This document shows, piece by piece, positions 55,264-64,000 of a stretch of DNA of 64,000 bases. The notes under the pieces were generated by a model, which worked only from the letters and a program-made list of their open reading frames with translations, was not told the DNA's origin and did not search any database. Every line of letters begins with the position of its first letter. Within the stretch, counting starts at the first letter, position 1. Source of the DNA: Candidatus Omnitrophota bacterium (GTDB lineage Bacteria > Omnitrophota > Gorgyraeia > Duberdicusellales > 4484-171). Made by a program: the position numbers and the translations under genes. Location: assembly GCA_043823745.1 (NCBI GenBank), contig JBDRAN010000006.1:40176-104175 (forward strand). The letters run 5' to 3'.

Positions 55264-57368
55264 AACAGTACTTTTTCCTGCTCGCCCTTCTCGTGGTGCC
55301 CCTTGCAACCAGTGCCGCCAGTGAAGTTTTGCCGGTTGACATCAACGCCGATGAAATCAACTATCTACAAGAAGAAGGCACTGCCGTAGCCCACGGCAAT
55401 GTCAAAATGTCCTACAAAGATACCACGCTCTACTGCGACGAGGCCCATTACGACGCAAAAAAACAATTAGTAAATATTACAGGCAAGGTAAAAATCGTCA
55501 AAGACGGAATAACCGCCTATGGCGAGAATGTCGTATACGATTTCAATACTCAAAACGCGACGCTCGCCGGCATGACCATGACTAACCCGCCAATGTATGT
55601 CTCGGCACATGAAGCACAGAAGGTCGGTAAGGAAAAATATGTCTTAAATAACGGTTATGTTACCACCTGCGACAAGAAAGAGCCGCACTACCGCATCGTC
55701 GCCCAACACATCTCCTTTTATCCCGGCGTTAAGGTAGTGGCGAAAAATGTTATCATTAAAGTCGGTACCGTCCCCATATTGTACATACCGTACTTCTCAC
55801 TACCCTTTAATGACAGATCGTTCCCGCTACAAATCACACCCGGGCAAGATGATAAATGGGGGACCTATCTACTGAGCCGCTGGCGCTACCATATTGGCAA
55901 CCAAAACAGGGGAAAAATTATTTTTGACTGGTATGACAAACGCGGTTTTGGCAAAGGAATCCTGCATAAAGCCGAAGGCACAAAGTTTGGCGACGCGCTC
56001 CTTAATGTATATTCGATCGAAGATGATATGTACAAACTCCAGAACCGGGACGATCTCTTTAAAAAATACCCTGAGCGTAAGGATTTAGGCTCAAAGGCCC
56101 TTGAGGATGATCGCTACAAAATACAATTCTATCAAAGCTGGCAGCCTAAACCAGAGCTTTCGATAAAAACGGAACTTAATAAATTTTCAGACCAGTACTT
56201 TATGAAGGATTTCTTCTACCGCGAATATGAAATAGAACCGCGCCCCCTTTCCTACAACCTCATCGACTACGCGTTTCCTAACTCTTCTCTCTCGCTCCTG
56301 ACACAAAAGCGGGTGAACGATTTCTTTACGGAATTAGAATACGTGCCCCAAGCGGAATATAATTTTTACCGGCAACAGCTCGGCGCTTCAAATTTTTATT
56401 TCGAGTCGACGTCAACCGCCGGGAACCTCGCCTACCACGTTGCCGACTCCGACAGCCACTACGACTCAGCCCGCGTTCACTCCCATAACGTTCTCAGCTA
56501 TACTCAAAATATTAAGTGGCTTTATATTAACCCGTATGCCGGCTCCTACACTACTTTTTACTCCAAGGGCTCTGATGAAAATTCTGATTTCTGGAGAGTC
56601 GCGCCTGAGACCGGTGTTAATTTTAGTACCAAATTATACAAAAATATCGACCACCCGTTTTTATTGGGTCGGGAGCGTGTTTCCACGATGCGCCATATCA
56701 TAACGCCGATTCTCTCTTACAGCTACATCTTTCCACCCACGGTTTCGCGTACCCGTATTTATCAATTTGACACAACCGACAATCTGGCGCGCGATGAAAA
56801 AATACGCTTCGCACTCGACAACAAGCTTAAAGCCCGCAGTGACCGACGTACCTGGGACTTTATATACTTCAGCCCCGCGGTCGAATACAGCGTAAACAAA
56901 GAAGGGATGAAAGGGAGCTACTTCGACAAAATTACCGCTGATTTTGAAATATACCCCAAAGAATGGCTCTCGTTTAACTCCAAAACCCAATACGATTGCG
57001 TTGACCGGGCAATCAAAGAGGTTACCGCTGATTTTACGATTCACGACCCCCGCAACAGGGAAAACACCATCTCGCTTGGCCACCGCTATATGCGTCATGA
57101 GAGCTCACAAGGAACATTCGGATTAACCTATCAGCTCACTCCCAAGGTACAGTTTAGAAATTATTTACGCTACGAATACAAAGAAGGGAAATTCCAGGAG
57201 CAGCAATATAGCGTGCGCACGGACCTTCATTGTTGGTGGCTTGATGTTGGCACCAATATCGATAATAATAAAAATTACACCCTATGGTTTGCTTTTATAC
57301 TCAAAGACTTCCCCGATATACACCTGGGCTTTGACCAAACCTATAGCGGCGCAAAAGAATCGTATTAA
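55260..57368 (+). CDS. lptD: LPS-assembly outer-membrane protein LptD (OstA family)
   Basis: Signal peptide, OstA N-domain (DINADEINY…GNVKM…), large C-terminal beta-barrel-type region ending in aromatic residues. Confidence 0.7.
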   Translation: MKQYFFLLALLVVPLATSAASEVLPVDINADEINYLQEEGTAVAHGNVKMSYKDTTLYCDEAHYDAKKQLVNITGKVKIVKDGITAYGENVVYDFNTQNATLAGMTMTNPPMYVSAHEAQKVGKEKYVLNNGYVTTCDKKEPHYRIVAQHISFYPGVKVVAKNVIIKVGTVPILYIPYFSLPFNDRSFPLQITPGQDDKWGTYLLSRWRYHIGNQNRGKIIFDWYDKRGFGKGILHKAEGTKFGDALLNVYSIEDDMYKLQNRDDLFKKYPERKDLGSKALEDDRYKIQFYQSWQPKPELSIKTELNKFSDQYFMKDFFYREYEIEPRPLSYNLIDYAFPNSSLSLLTQKRVNDFFTELEYVPQAEYNFYRQQLGASNFYFESTSTAGNLAYHVADSDSHYDSARVHSHNVLSYTQNIKWLYINPYAGSYTTFYSKGSDENSDFWRVAPETGVNFSTKLYKNIDHPFLLGRERVSTMRHIITPILSYSYIFPPTVSRTRIYQFDTTDNLARDEKIRFALDNKLKARSDRRTWDFIYFSPAVEYSVNKEGMKGSYFDKITADFEIYPKEWLSFNSKTQYDCVDRAIKEVTADFTIHDPRNRENTISLGHRYMRHESSQGTFGLTYQLTPKVQFRNYLRYEYKEGKFQEQQYSVRTDLHCWWLDVGTNIDNNKNYTLWFAFILKDFPDIHLGFDQTYSGAKESY

Positions 57369-57380
57369 CAACGAGGTGCC

Positions 57381-58700
57381 ATGAAACAAAAAAAACAGAG
57401 TAAGCATACTATTTGTGTGGTGGGCGCAGGCCACGTCGGCCTGGTTTCAGCAGCCTGCTTTGCCGAGCTTGGACACTCGGTTATCTGCATTGACAACGAT
57501 CCCAAGAAGATTGCCCGGCTCAAAACAGGCATTATGCCCTTTTACGAGCCTGAACTGCGGCCCCTGGTGATGCGCACGGTCAAAAACAAAATGCTGCACT
57601 TCTCGACAAGCCTCCGTGAGAGCGTTAAAAAAGCTGATATTATCTTTATCGCGGTAGGAACACCGCCGCTTGCGGACGGCTCCGCGGACTTGACCGCTAT
57701 CGAAACAGTCGCGCGTACCATCGCGCAGAACTTGAATTCTTATAAGTTGGTTATCGAAAAATCAACGGTGCCGGTGCAGACCGGCCAGAAGATCAAAGAA
57801 ACGATTCATCGCTATCGCAAAGCCGGTGTGCCATTTGACGTCGCTTCCAACCCTGAATTCTTACGGGAAGGAAAGGCAGTTTACGATTCTGTTCATCCGG
57901 ACAGGATCGTCATTGGTGTCGAATCGGAACGGGCTGCAAGAATCTTACAAGAAATCTACGCGCCGCTTGAGGTTCCTGTTATTGTGACGGACATCAACAC
58001 TGCCGAAATTATTAAGCATGCTTCTAATTCTTTTCTTGCTACAAAAATATCCTTTATCAACGCGCTCGCGCGCATTTGCGACTTAACGGGAGCTAATGTG
58101 GAAAAAGTCGCCGAAGCAATGGGTCTTGATACGCGTATCGGCAAACAATTTCTTGCGGCGGGGATCGGCTACGGGGGGTTTTGCTTTCCCAAGGACCTCG
58201 AAGCCTTCATTTACATTTCTCGCAAGATCGGTTACAACTTTGGATTGTTAAAAGAGGTGAAACAGGTCAACGATGAACAACGCACGTATTTCTTTGAAAA
58301 AGTCAAAGAACATCTTTGGGTGCTCAAAGATAAAAAGATTGCGATTCTTGGCCTCGCGTTTAAGCCCGATACCGACGACATGCGCTTTGCGCCTTCGGTT
58401 GACATCGTCAATGCATTGTACCGGGAAGGGGCGAAGCTCTTTCTCTACGATCCAAAAGCACACCAGGAAGCCATGCATATTTTTTCAGGAAAAAAATTAA
58501 CCTTCTGTAAGAACGCCTATCATGCGTTAAAAAATTGCGATTGTGCGTGCTTTTTAACCGAGTGGGGTGAATTTAAAACTCTTGATTTTAAGAAAGTTAA
58601 AAAACTCATGGCCCATGCGTTCATCGCCGACGGAAGAAACATGTTCGATAAAAAGGCCCTGACTGCATTGGGTTTTGAATATATTGGTATAGGAAAATAA
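57381..58700 (+). CDS. ugd: UDP-glucose 6-dehydrogenase family protein
   Basis: N-terminal VGAGHVGLV Rossmann motif, catalytic Cys region (GGFCFPKD); 439 aa. Confidence 0.8.
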   Translation: MKQKKQSKHTICVVGAGHVGLVSAACFAELGHSVICIDNDPKKIARLKTGIMPFYEPELRPLVMRTVKNKMLHFSTSLRESVKKADIIFIAVGTPPLADGSADLTAIETVARTIAQNLNSYKLVIEKSTVPVQTGQKIKETIHRYRKAGVPFDVASNPEFLREGKAVYDSVHPDRIVIGVESERAARILQEIYAPLEVPVIVTDINTAEIIKHASNSFLATKISFINALARICDLTGANVEKVAEAMGLDTRIGKQFLAAGIGYGGFCFPKDLEAFIYISRKIGYNFGLLKEVKQVNDEQRTYFFEKVKEHLWVLKDKKIAILGLAFKPDTDDMRFAPSVDIVNALYREGAKLFLYDPKAHQEAMHIFSGKKLTFCKNAYHALKNCDCACFLTEWGEFKTLDFKKVKKLMAHAFIADGRNMFDKKALTALGFEYIGIGK

Positions 58701-58717
58701 CTCGTGCTGTTGCATCG

Positions 58718-59695
58718 ATGATAGCCCATAAAAAAATTCTTGTTGCCGGCGCGGGCGGCTTTATCGGAAGCCATATCGCACGTACGTTATTCGAACAGAA
58801 TAACTTCGTCAGGGCAGTCGACATAAAATGGGACAATTATCTTTCGGAACCTTCTTGTAACGAGAAGCTGACGTTGGATCTACGTGAACAAGAAAACTGC
58901 CGAACGGCAACCGCGGGAATCGACTACGTCTTTAACCACGCGGCTAACATGGGCGGTATTGGCTTTATCACGGCGACCGGTGCGGATATTATGTACGACA
59001 ACGTACTGATTAATGCTCACCTTGCCCGTGCTTGTGTGGACAATGGCGTGGCGCGCCTCTTTTTCTCATCGTCTGCCTGCGTCTATCCGGCCTATCGGCA
59101 GAAAACCGCACAGGTAACCCCTTTGAAGGAAGATGATGCCAACCCAGCTGACCCGGATACGTTTTACGGTTGGGAAAAACTATACACGGAAAAAATGCTT
59201 GCCGCTTTTCGAAAAGATTATTCTCTCGACATTCGAATCGCGCGCTTTCATAATATTTATGGGCCCGAAGGAACGTATGACGGCGGGAGAGAAAAATCTC
59301 CGGCTGCGCTTTGCCGCAAAGTAGCGCTCGCCAAAAACCATGAAAGCATTGAAATCTGGGGAGATGGGAATCAAACACGTTCATACTGCTATATCACTGA
59401 TTGTGTCGAGGGGGTACTGCGCTTGATGGAGTCAGGCTATGTCGAACCGCTTAATATCGGTTCCGATCGTCTCGTGACAATCAACGAGGTTGCCGACATA
59501 ATTATATCCCTTTCGGGGAAATCCATTGAAAAAACCTACAATAACGCCGCCCCGCAGGGTGTACGCGGTAGAAATTGCGACAACACGCTCCTGCGCCAGA
59601 CACTACGCTGGGAGCCCCGCGTCAGCCTTGAGGATGGGCTCGCGCAAACGTATCGGTGGATCGAAAGTGAACTTCGTCGAAAAGGAGCGCTCTAA
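58718..59695 (+). CDS. NAD-dependent epimerase, GDP-mannose 3,5-epimerase (GME)-like
   Basis: GAGGFIGSH, YGWEK (YxxxK), strong GME-type blocks FHNIYGP…GGREKSPAALCRK…WGDGNQTRSYCYITDCVEGVLRLM. Confidence 0.65.
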   Translation: MIAHKKILVAGAGGFIGSHIARTLFEQNNFVRAVDIKWDNYLSEPSCNEKLTLDLREQENCRTATAGIDYVFNHAANMGGIGFITATGADIMYDNVLINAHLARACVDNGVARLFFSSSACVYPAYRQKTAQVTPLKEDDANPADPDTFYGWEKLYTEKMLAAFRKDYSLDIRIARFHNIYGPEGTYDGGREKSPAALCRKVALAKNHESIEIWGDGNQTRSYCYITDCVEGVLRLMESGYVEPLNIGSDRLVTINEVADIIISLSGKSIEKTYNNAAPQGVRGRNCDNTLLRQTLRWEPRVSLEDGLAQTYRWIESELRRKGAL

Positions 59696-59699
59696 TATC

Positions 59700-61016
59700 A
59701 TGCCCTCCGTAGCGTGTTACGCTGAACAATTAAAAAATAAAATCGCCAGTCATGATGCGCATGTGTGTATTGTCGGATTAGGCTACGTTGGCCTGCCGCT
59801 TGCAATAGCCTTTGCCAAAAAGGGCTTTATAGTTACTGGTTTTGATACAAACCCAGCCCATATTGAGCGCCTCAAAAAAGGGGACCGCTATATTGTTGAC
59901 GCCGACCCCGCAGAAGCACACGCGCTCATGCGCAAGAAACTATTTATCCCGTCGGGTGACCCTCGTGTTATACACGACAATGACGTCATTATTATATGCG
60001 TGCCAACGCCCTTGCGTAAAGTTAAAACACCCGATATCTCCTACGTCGTGCACGCAGCGCACACAATCAAGAAATACCTGCGCCCCGGACATCTCATTAT
60101 CCTTGAAAGCACATCATACCCGACGACCACGCGCGAAGTGGTTCTACCGATCTTGCAGGAAACGGGGTTATCCACGGAGAGCGATTTCTTTCTCTGTTTT
60201 TCTCCCGAACGCGTTAACCCCGCTGATAAAAATTTTCCTTTGACCAAAATACCAAAAGTCGTGGGTGGCCTCACTCCGCAATCAACGGAGCTGGCGCGCC
60301 TTCTCTATTCCCGTATTATCAAAAAAGTTTTCTGCGTATCCAGCCCTGAGATCGCGGAAACCGCCAAGCTCCTGGAGAATACATTTCGCCTGGTCAACAT
60401 CGCTCTTGTCAATGAATATGCCCTCATCTGTCATGCCATGGGCATCGATATCTGGGAAGTAATTAAAGCGGCGAAAACAAAACCGTTCGGCTTTATGCCC
60501 TTCTACCCGGGTCCGGGCCTGGGCGGACATTGCATCCCGGTTGATCCGCTCTTTTTATCGTGGAAAGCGAAAAAACTGGGGTTTCAGACTAAAATGATCG
60601 ATCTCGCCTCGCATGTCAATCGCTATATGCCGCATTTTGTAGCGCGCCGTACCGAAGAGATTATCGCGAGCCGGGGCGGTTCCATCAAGAAAGCACGTAT
60701 CCTCATCGTGGGTGTTACGTATAAAAAAGACGTTAAAGACCTTCGTGAATCGCCGGCCCTCGATGTTATTCACATACTTCAACAAAAAGGCGCGCGCGTC
60801 GCATTCCACGACCCCCTCATCCCATATTTAAAAATAGGCGGTATTAATTTAAAAACGGTGCCGTTGAATAAAAAAAACATAGAAAGCTTTGATTGCGTAG
60901 TGCTTATTACCGATCACTCCGGGGTTAATTACATGTTCGTACAAAAAAGCGCGCGGGTAATTTTTGACACCCGTAATGTATACAAAGCCAAACACAAAAA
61001 CGTAATCAGCCTATGA
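59700..61016 (+). CDS. nucleotide-sugar dehydrogenase (UDP-N-acetyl-D-mannosamine/glucosamine dehydrogenase-like)
   Basis: IVGLGYVGLPLA Rossmann motif, catalytic GGHCIPVDP; ATG 59700 (tracked 59526 start overlaps previous gene). Confidence 0.75.
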   Translation: MPSVACYAEQLKNKIASHDAHVCIVGLGYVGLPLAIAFAKKGFIVTGFDTNPAHIERLKKGDRYIVDADPAEAHALMRKKLFIPSGDPRVIHDNDVIIICVPTPLRKVKTPDISYVVHAAHTIKKYLRPGHLIILESTSYPTTTREVVLPILQETGLSTESDFFLCFSPERVNPADKNFPLTKIPKVVGGLTPQSTELARLLYSRIIKKVFCVSSPEIAETAKLLENTFRLVNIALVNEYALICHAMGIDIWEVIKAAKTKPFGFMPFYPGPGLGGHCIPVDPLFLSWKAKKLGFQTKMIDLASHVNRYMPHFVARRTEEIIASRGGSIKKARILIVGVTYKKDVKDLRESPALDVIHILQQKGARVAFHDPLIPYLKIGGINLKTVPLNKKNIESFDCVVLITDHSGVNYMFVQKSARVIFDTRNVYKAKHKNVISL

Positions 61017-61462
61017 TTGAAGGGGTAAAAGTAAAAGAATTGCGCGTTAACTACGATGACCGCGGTTATCTCATGGAGATCCTGCGTGCCGATGAAGCCA
61101 TCTTTGAGAAATTTGGGCAGGTTTACATCACCACCGCAAAACCGGGAATCATTAAAGCCTGGCACTACCACAAAAACCAGGACGACCATTTCTGCTGCAT
61201 TGCGGGAATCATGCGCCTGGTGCTGTATGACGCTCGCCTTCAGTCAAAAACAAAAGGCAAGATTATGGAGTGGGACGTGGGCATCGGGAAACCAAAACTA
61301 GTCAAAATCCCTGCGGGGGTGTATCATGGGTTTAAATGCGCCTCGAACGTTGACGCTGTCGTAATAAACGTCCCCACGCGACCCTACGATAGTGTGAACC
61401 CGGATGAATATCGAGTTGACCCGTTCGAAAAAACCATACCCTACGACTGGAGGAAACCATGA
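61013..61462 (+). CDS. RmlC-like cupin (dTDP-4-dehydrorhamnose 3,5-epimerase family, short form)
   Basis: …DDRGYLMEILR…KAWHYHKNQDDHFCCIAGIMRLVLYD…; 149 aa, shorter than typical RmlC. Confidence 0.6.
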   Translation: MIEGVKVKELRVNYDDRGYLMEILRADEAIFEKFGQVYITTAKPGIIKAWHYHKNQDDHFCCIAGIMRLVLYDARLQSKTKGKIMEWDVGIGKPKLVKIPAGVYHGFKCASNVDAVVINVPTRPYDSVNPDEYRVDPFEKTIPYDWRKP

Positions 61463-62199
61463 AAGGAATCATTCTTGCCGGCGGCCTTGGCTCGCGCCTT
61501 AAGCCCTTAACCGATGTTACCAATAAACACCTTTTGCCTGTTTTTAATAAACCGATGATTAACTACCCCCTGCAGGCCTTGGTTGAGGCGGGGATACGGG
61601 ATATTTTAATTGTTACCGGCGGGCATCACGCCGGGGAATTCCTGCGGCTGCTCGGTAATGGCAGCCAGTTTGGCTTGAAAGAAATTCATTACACCTATCA
61701 GACCGGTGAATCGGGTATTGCGGATGCTCTGCGCCTGGCTCAAGATTTTTCTGATGGAGAAAAAATTGTTGTTATCCTGGGTGATAATATCTTTGAGTGC
61801 TCACTGAAACCTTTTGTCGAGAGCTTTGCGCAGCAAGACTCGGGCGCTAAAATATTGATCAAGAAGGTTCTTCACCCCGAACGTTTCGGTGTGGTCAGTT
61901 TCGCGGGTAAACGCGTTGTTGCAATTGAGGAAAAACCAAAAAAGCCGAAATCACACTATGTTGTCACTGGCATTTACATGTATGACAGCCGGGTTTTTAA
62001 TTTTATCCGGGGCTTGAAAAAATCCGGTCGCGGAGAATACGAGATCACGGATATCAATAACCGCTACCTAAAAGAAGGCTTACTAACCTCTGACGTCTTG
62101 AAGGGTTTCTGGACCGACGCCGGGACATTTGAATCCCTGCTGACCGCCAATATGCTTGTTGCAAAAAAACAGGGTTATACAGGAAAGGAGCAATTATGA
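61459..62199 (+). CDS. rmlA: glucose-1-phosphate thymidylyltransferase-like nucleotidyltransferase
   Basis: GIILAGGLGSRLKPLT signature; 246 aa. Confidence 0.75.
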   Translation: MKGIILAGGLGSRLKPLTDVTNKHLLPVFNKPMINYPLQALVEAGIRDILIVTGGHHAGEFLRLLGNGSQFGLKEIHYTYQTGESGIADALRLAQDFSDGEKIVVILGDNIFECSLKPFVESFAQQDSGAKILIKKVLHPERFGVVSFAGKRVVAIEEKPKKPKSHYVVTGIYMYDSRVFNFIRGLKKSGRGEYEITDINNRYLKEGLLTSDVLKGFWTDAGTFESLLTANMLVAKKQGYTGKEQL

Positions 62200-63155
62200 A
62201 GATCTTAGTTACCGGGGGGGCAGGATTTATCGGCTCGCACTTTATACGCTATCTGCGCCAAACATACCCCGACTATACCATTACCAACCTGGATTGCCTC
62301 GCCTACGCCGGTAACAGAGAAAATCTTTGCGACGTGCGGGAGGATAAACAATACACCTTTATTAAGGGTGATATACGAGACCCTAAAGTGGTGCAGCGTG
62401 TGATGAAAACCACCGATGTTGTGGTAAATTTCGCGGCTCAGACTCATGTCGACAGATCCATCGCCCACGCGAAAGATTTTATTGAAACAAATATTAATGG
62501 GACCGTTACGCTTCTTGAGGCGGCGCGAACATGTGATATTAAAAAATTTATTCAGATCGGCACCGACGAAGTATATGGAAGCGTCCTTGAGGGGTCCTCT
62601 ATAGAAAGCGATCCGCTCGCGCCATCGAGCCCCTATTCGGCTTCCAAGGCAAGCGCGGATCTTTTGTGCCACGCCTATAGCCTTACCTACAAGCTGCCGG
62701 TCATGATTACCAGAAGCAGCAATAATTTCGGCCCTTTTCAGTACCCTGAAAAAGTAATCCCGCTCTTTATTACAAATCTTCTGGAAGGAAAAAAAGTACC
62801 TCTCTACGGCGATGGCATGAATGTCAGGGATTGGATTTATGTCCTTGATAATGTACGGGCAATTGACTTTATTCTCCACCAGGGGGAGCCGTCGCACATC
62901 TATAATATCGGCGGGGGAAATGAAATTAACAATACCGACCTTACCAAGCTCATCTTGAGCAAGTTCGGTTTAGGGGCCGAGTGGATCGAATTCGTAGAAG
63001 ACAGGGCCGCACACGATCGCCGCTATGCTCTTGATACCGGAAAAATCAGGCATATGGGTTGGAAGCCGCTGTACGATTTCGGAAAGTCGCTTGAGGCAAC
63101 CATAGATTGGTATAAAGCAAATACGAAGTGGTGGAAAAAAATAAAAAAATCATAG
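62196..63155 (+). CDS. rmlB: dTDP-glucose 4,6-dehydratase
   Basis: MKILVTGGAGFIGSH, YSASKASAD (YxxxK); 319 aa. Confidence 0.85.
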   Translation: MKILVTGGAGFIGSHFIRYLRQTYPDYTITNLDCLAYAGNRENLCDVREDKQYTFIKGDIRDPKVVQRVMKTTDVVVNFAAQTHVDRSIAHAKDFIETNINGTVTLLEAARTCDIKKFIQIGTDEVYGSVLEGSSIESDPLAPSSPYSASKASADLLCHAYSLTYKLPVMITRSSNNFGPFQYPEKVIPLFITNLLEGKKVPLYGDGMNVRDWIYVLDNVRAIDFILHQGEPSHIYNIGGGNEINNTDLTKLILSKFGLGAEWIEFVEDRAAHDRRYALDTGKIRHMGWKPLYDFGKSLEATIDWYKANTKWWKKIKKS

Positions 63156-63994
63156 TTACCGGGGCCCGGGGAATGTTGGGCCACGCTCTTTGCGCCACGC
63201 TTGAGAATTCTTTTGCCGTAGAAGGTATAGACAAAGAAGAGCTCGACATTACCAGCGAGAAAGACGTGAGCACCTTCTTTAAGAAGGGCTGCCCGGATGC
63301 GCTCATCCATTGCGCTGCATATACCGCGGTCGACCGGGCCCAGGATGAGCCCGAAAAAGCATATGCCGTCAACGCGCTTGGCACGCGCGCCATCGCAGGA
63401 GCTCTGGCCGGCAGTACGTGCTTATATATTTACCTGAGCACCGATTATGTCTTTGACGGTACGAAATCGGCTCCCTACGATGAGGGGGACGCGCCGAACC
63501 CCTTAGGCGTGTACGGTCGAACGAAATTAGCGGGTGAACGGTTTGTAAAAGAATACCCTCACCATCTGATTGTCCGTACCGGTTGGCTCTTTGGCCCCGG
63601 CGGACCCAACTTTATAAAAACGATTATTCAAGCGGCTGGTGCCAACGGCACTTTGCGCGTCGTAAACGACCAGGTTGGGTCTCCAACCTACACGCGGAAC
63701 CTGGCGAGCGCAATACATGATATGGTACGCATCTATTTTCGAAAGGGAATCCCCGAGCGCATCTATCACGTTACCGGGTCGGGCAGCTGTAGCTGGTATG
63801 AACTTGCCTGCAAGACAATAGCCATGGTAGGCTCGCCTGCGGCAATCGTCCCGATTACATCGAGCGAACTTTCCCGGAAAGCTCCGCGGCCGAAAAACTC
63901 TCGGCTTTCAAACGAAAAGTTTTATGCGCTTACCGGGCATTATTTACCGAGCTGGCAAGAAACGCTTGGAGACTACCTTAAGGGAACATTATAG
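63128..63994 (+). CDS. rmlD: dTDP-4-dehydrorhamnose reductase
   Basis: RmlD-type SDR, YGRTKLAGE (YxxxK); 288 aa. Confidence 0.8.
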   Translation: MVEKNKKIIVTGARGMLGHALCATLENSFAVEGIDKEELDITSEKDVSTFFKKGCPDALIHCAAYTAVDRAQDEPEKAYAVNALGTRAIAGALAGSTCLYIYLSTDYVFDGTKSAPYDEGDAPNPLGVYGRTKLAGERFVKEYPHHLIVRTGWLFGPGGPNFIKTIIQAAGANGTLRVVNDQVGSPTYTRNLASAIHDMVRIYFRKGIPERIYHVTGSGSCSWYELACKTIAMVGSPAAIVPITSSELSRKAPRPKNSRLSNEKFYALTGHYLPSWQETLGDYLKGTL

Positions 63995-64000
63995 GTACGT

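Noticed and set aside
1-64000. CRISPR arrays, integrases, transposases, toxin-antitoxin pairs, restriction-modification or other defence islands
   Set aside because: I scanned for regularly spaced direct repeats of 24-40 nt and for large unassigned ORFs. No CRISPR array, integrase, transposase or R-M system was found. The only repeat families are the three short non-coding families reported above, and every ORF over 150 aa has a housekeeping assignment.

Overview
This 64-kb window is dense, almost entirely plus-strand housekeeping sequence from a diderm bacterium (LptD is present), with GC content around 50%. In order it contains glnS and a large multi-PAS/GAF sensor histidine kinase followed by a stand-alone receiver, a GroES-like protein and a HEAT-repeat protein. 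Next come an ABC-F ATPase, a YgiQ radical-SAM protein, a minus-strand alpha/beta hydrolase and a Maf-RlmD fusion ORF. These are followed by a PpiC-type rotamase, rplU-obg (no rpmA), proB-proA, nadD, PGM/PMM, plsC, rpsA, tyrS, a PilZ protein and two tandem GalT-like genes. The second half holds gap-pgk-tpiA-secG, an orphan family-5 solute-binding protein, a TPR protein, polA, glgA, coaE, rho, rpmE, prfA-prmC and murA. It continues with a trpGDCFBA operon, an M16 peptidase, rsfS, two lysine-rich micro-ORFs, a HypA-like fragment, ribE, tRNA-Pro(CGG), ROK glucokinase, transaldolase and lptD. The window ends in a nucleotide-sugar cluster (ugd, a GME-like epimerase, a second dehydrogenase, rmlC-like, rmlA, rmlB, rmlD). 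No CRISPR array, defence island, integrase or transposase was seen. The unusual signals are mostly non-coding or architectural: (i) three copies of a ~130-nt cassette bounded by a GC-rich inverted repeat, each directly upstream of a highly expressed gene and followed by a leader hairpin; (ii) a four-copy REP/MITE-like family (GCGGAA/ATCCGC repeats) whose 5' ends overlap or supply the stop codons of pgk, trpB and ribE; (iii) a two-copy ACGTGATACGTG palindromic element; (iv) a Maf-RlmD fusion; (v) tandem GalT paralogs, one with Arg in place of the nucleophilic His; (vi) a self-contained transcription unit encoding two tiny poly-lysine peptides; and (vii) an in-frame 30-nt tandem repeat in the Obg G domain.
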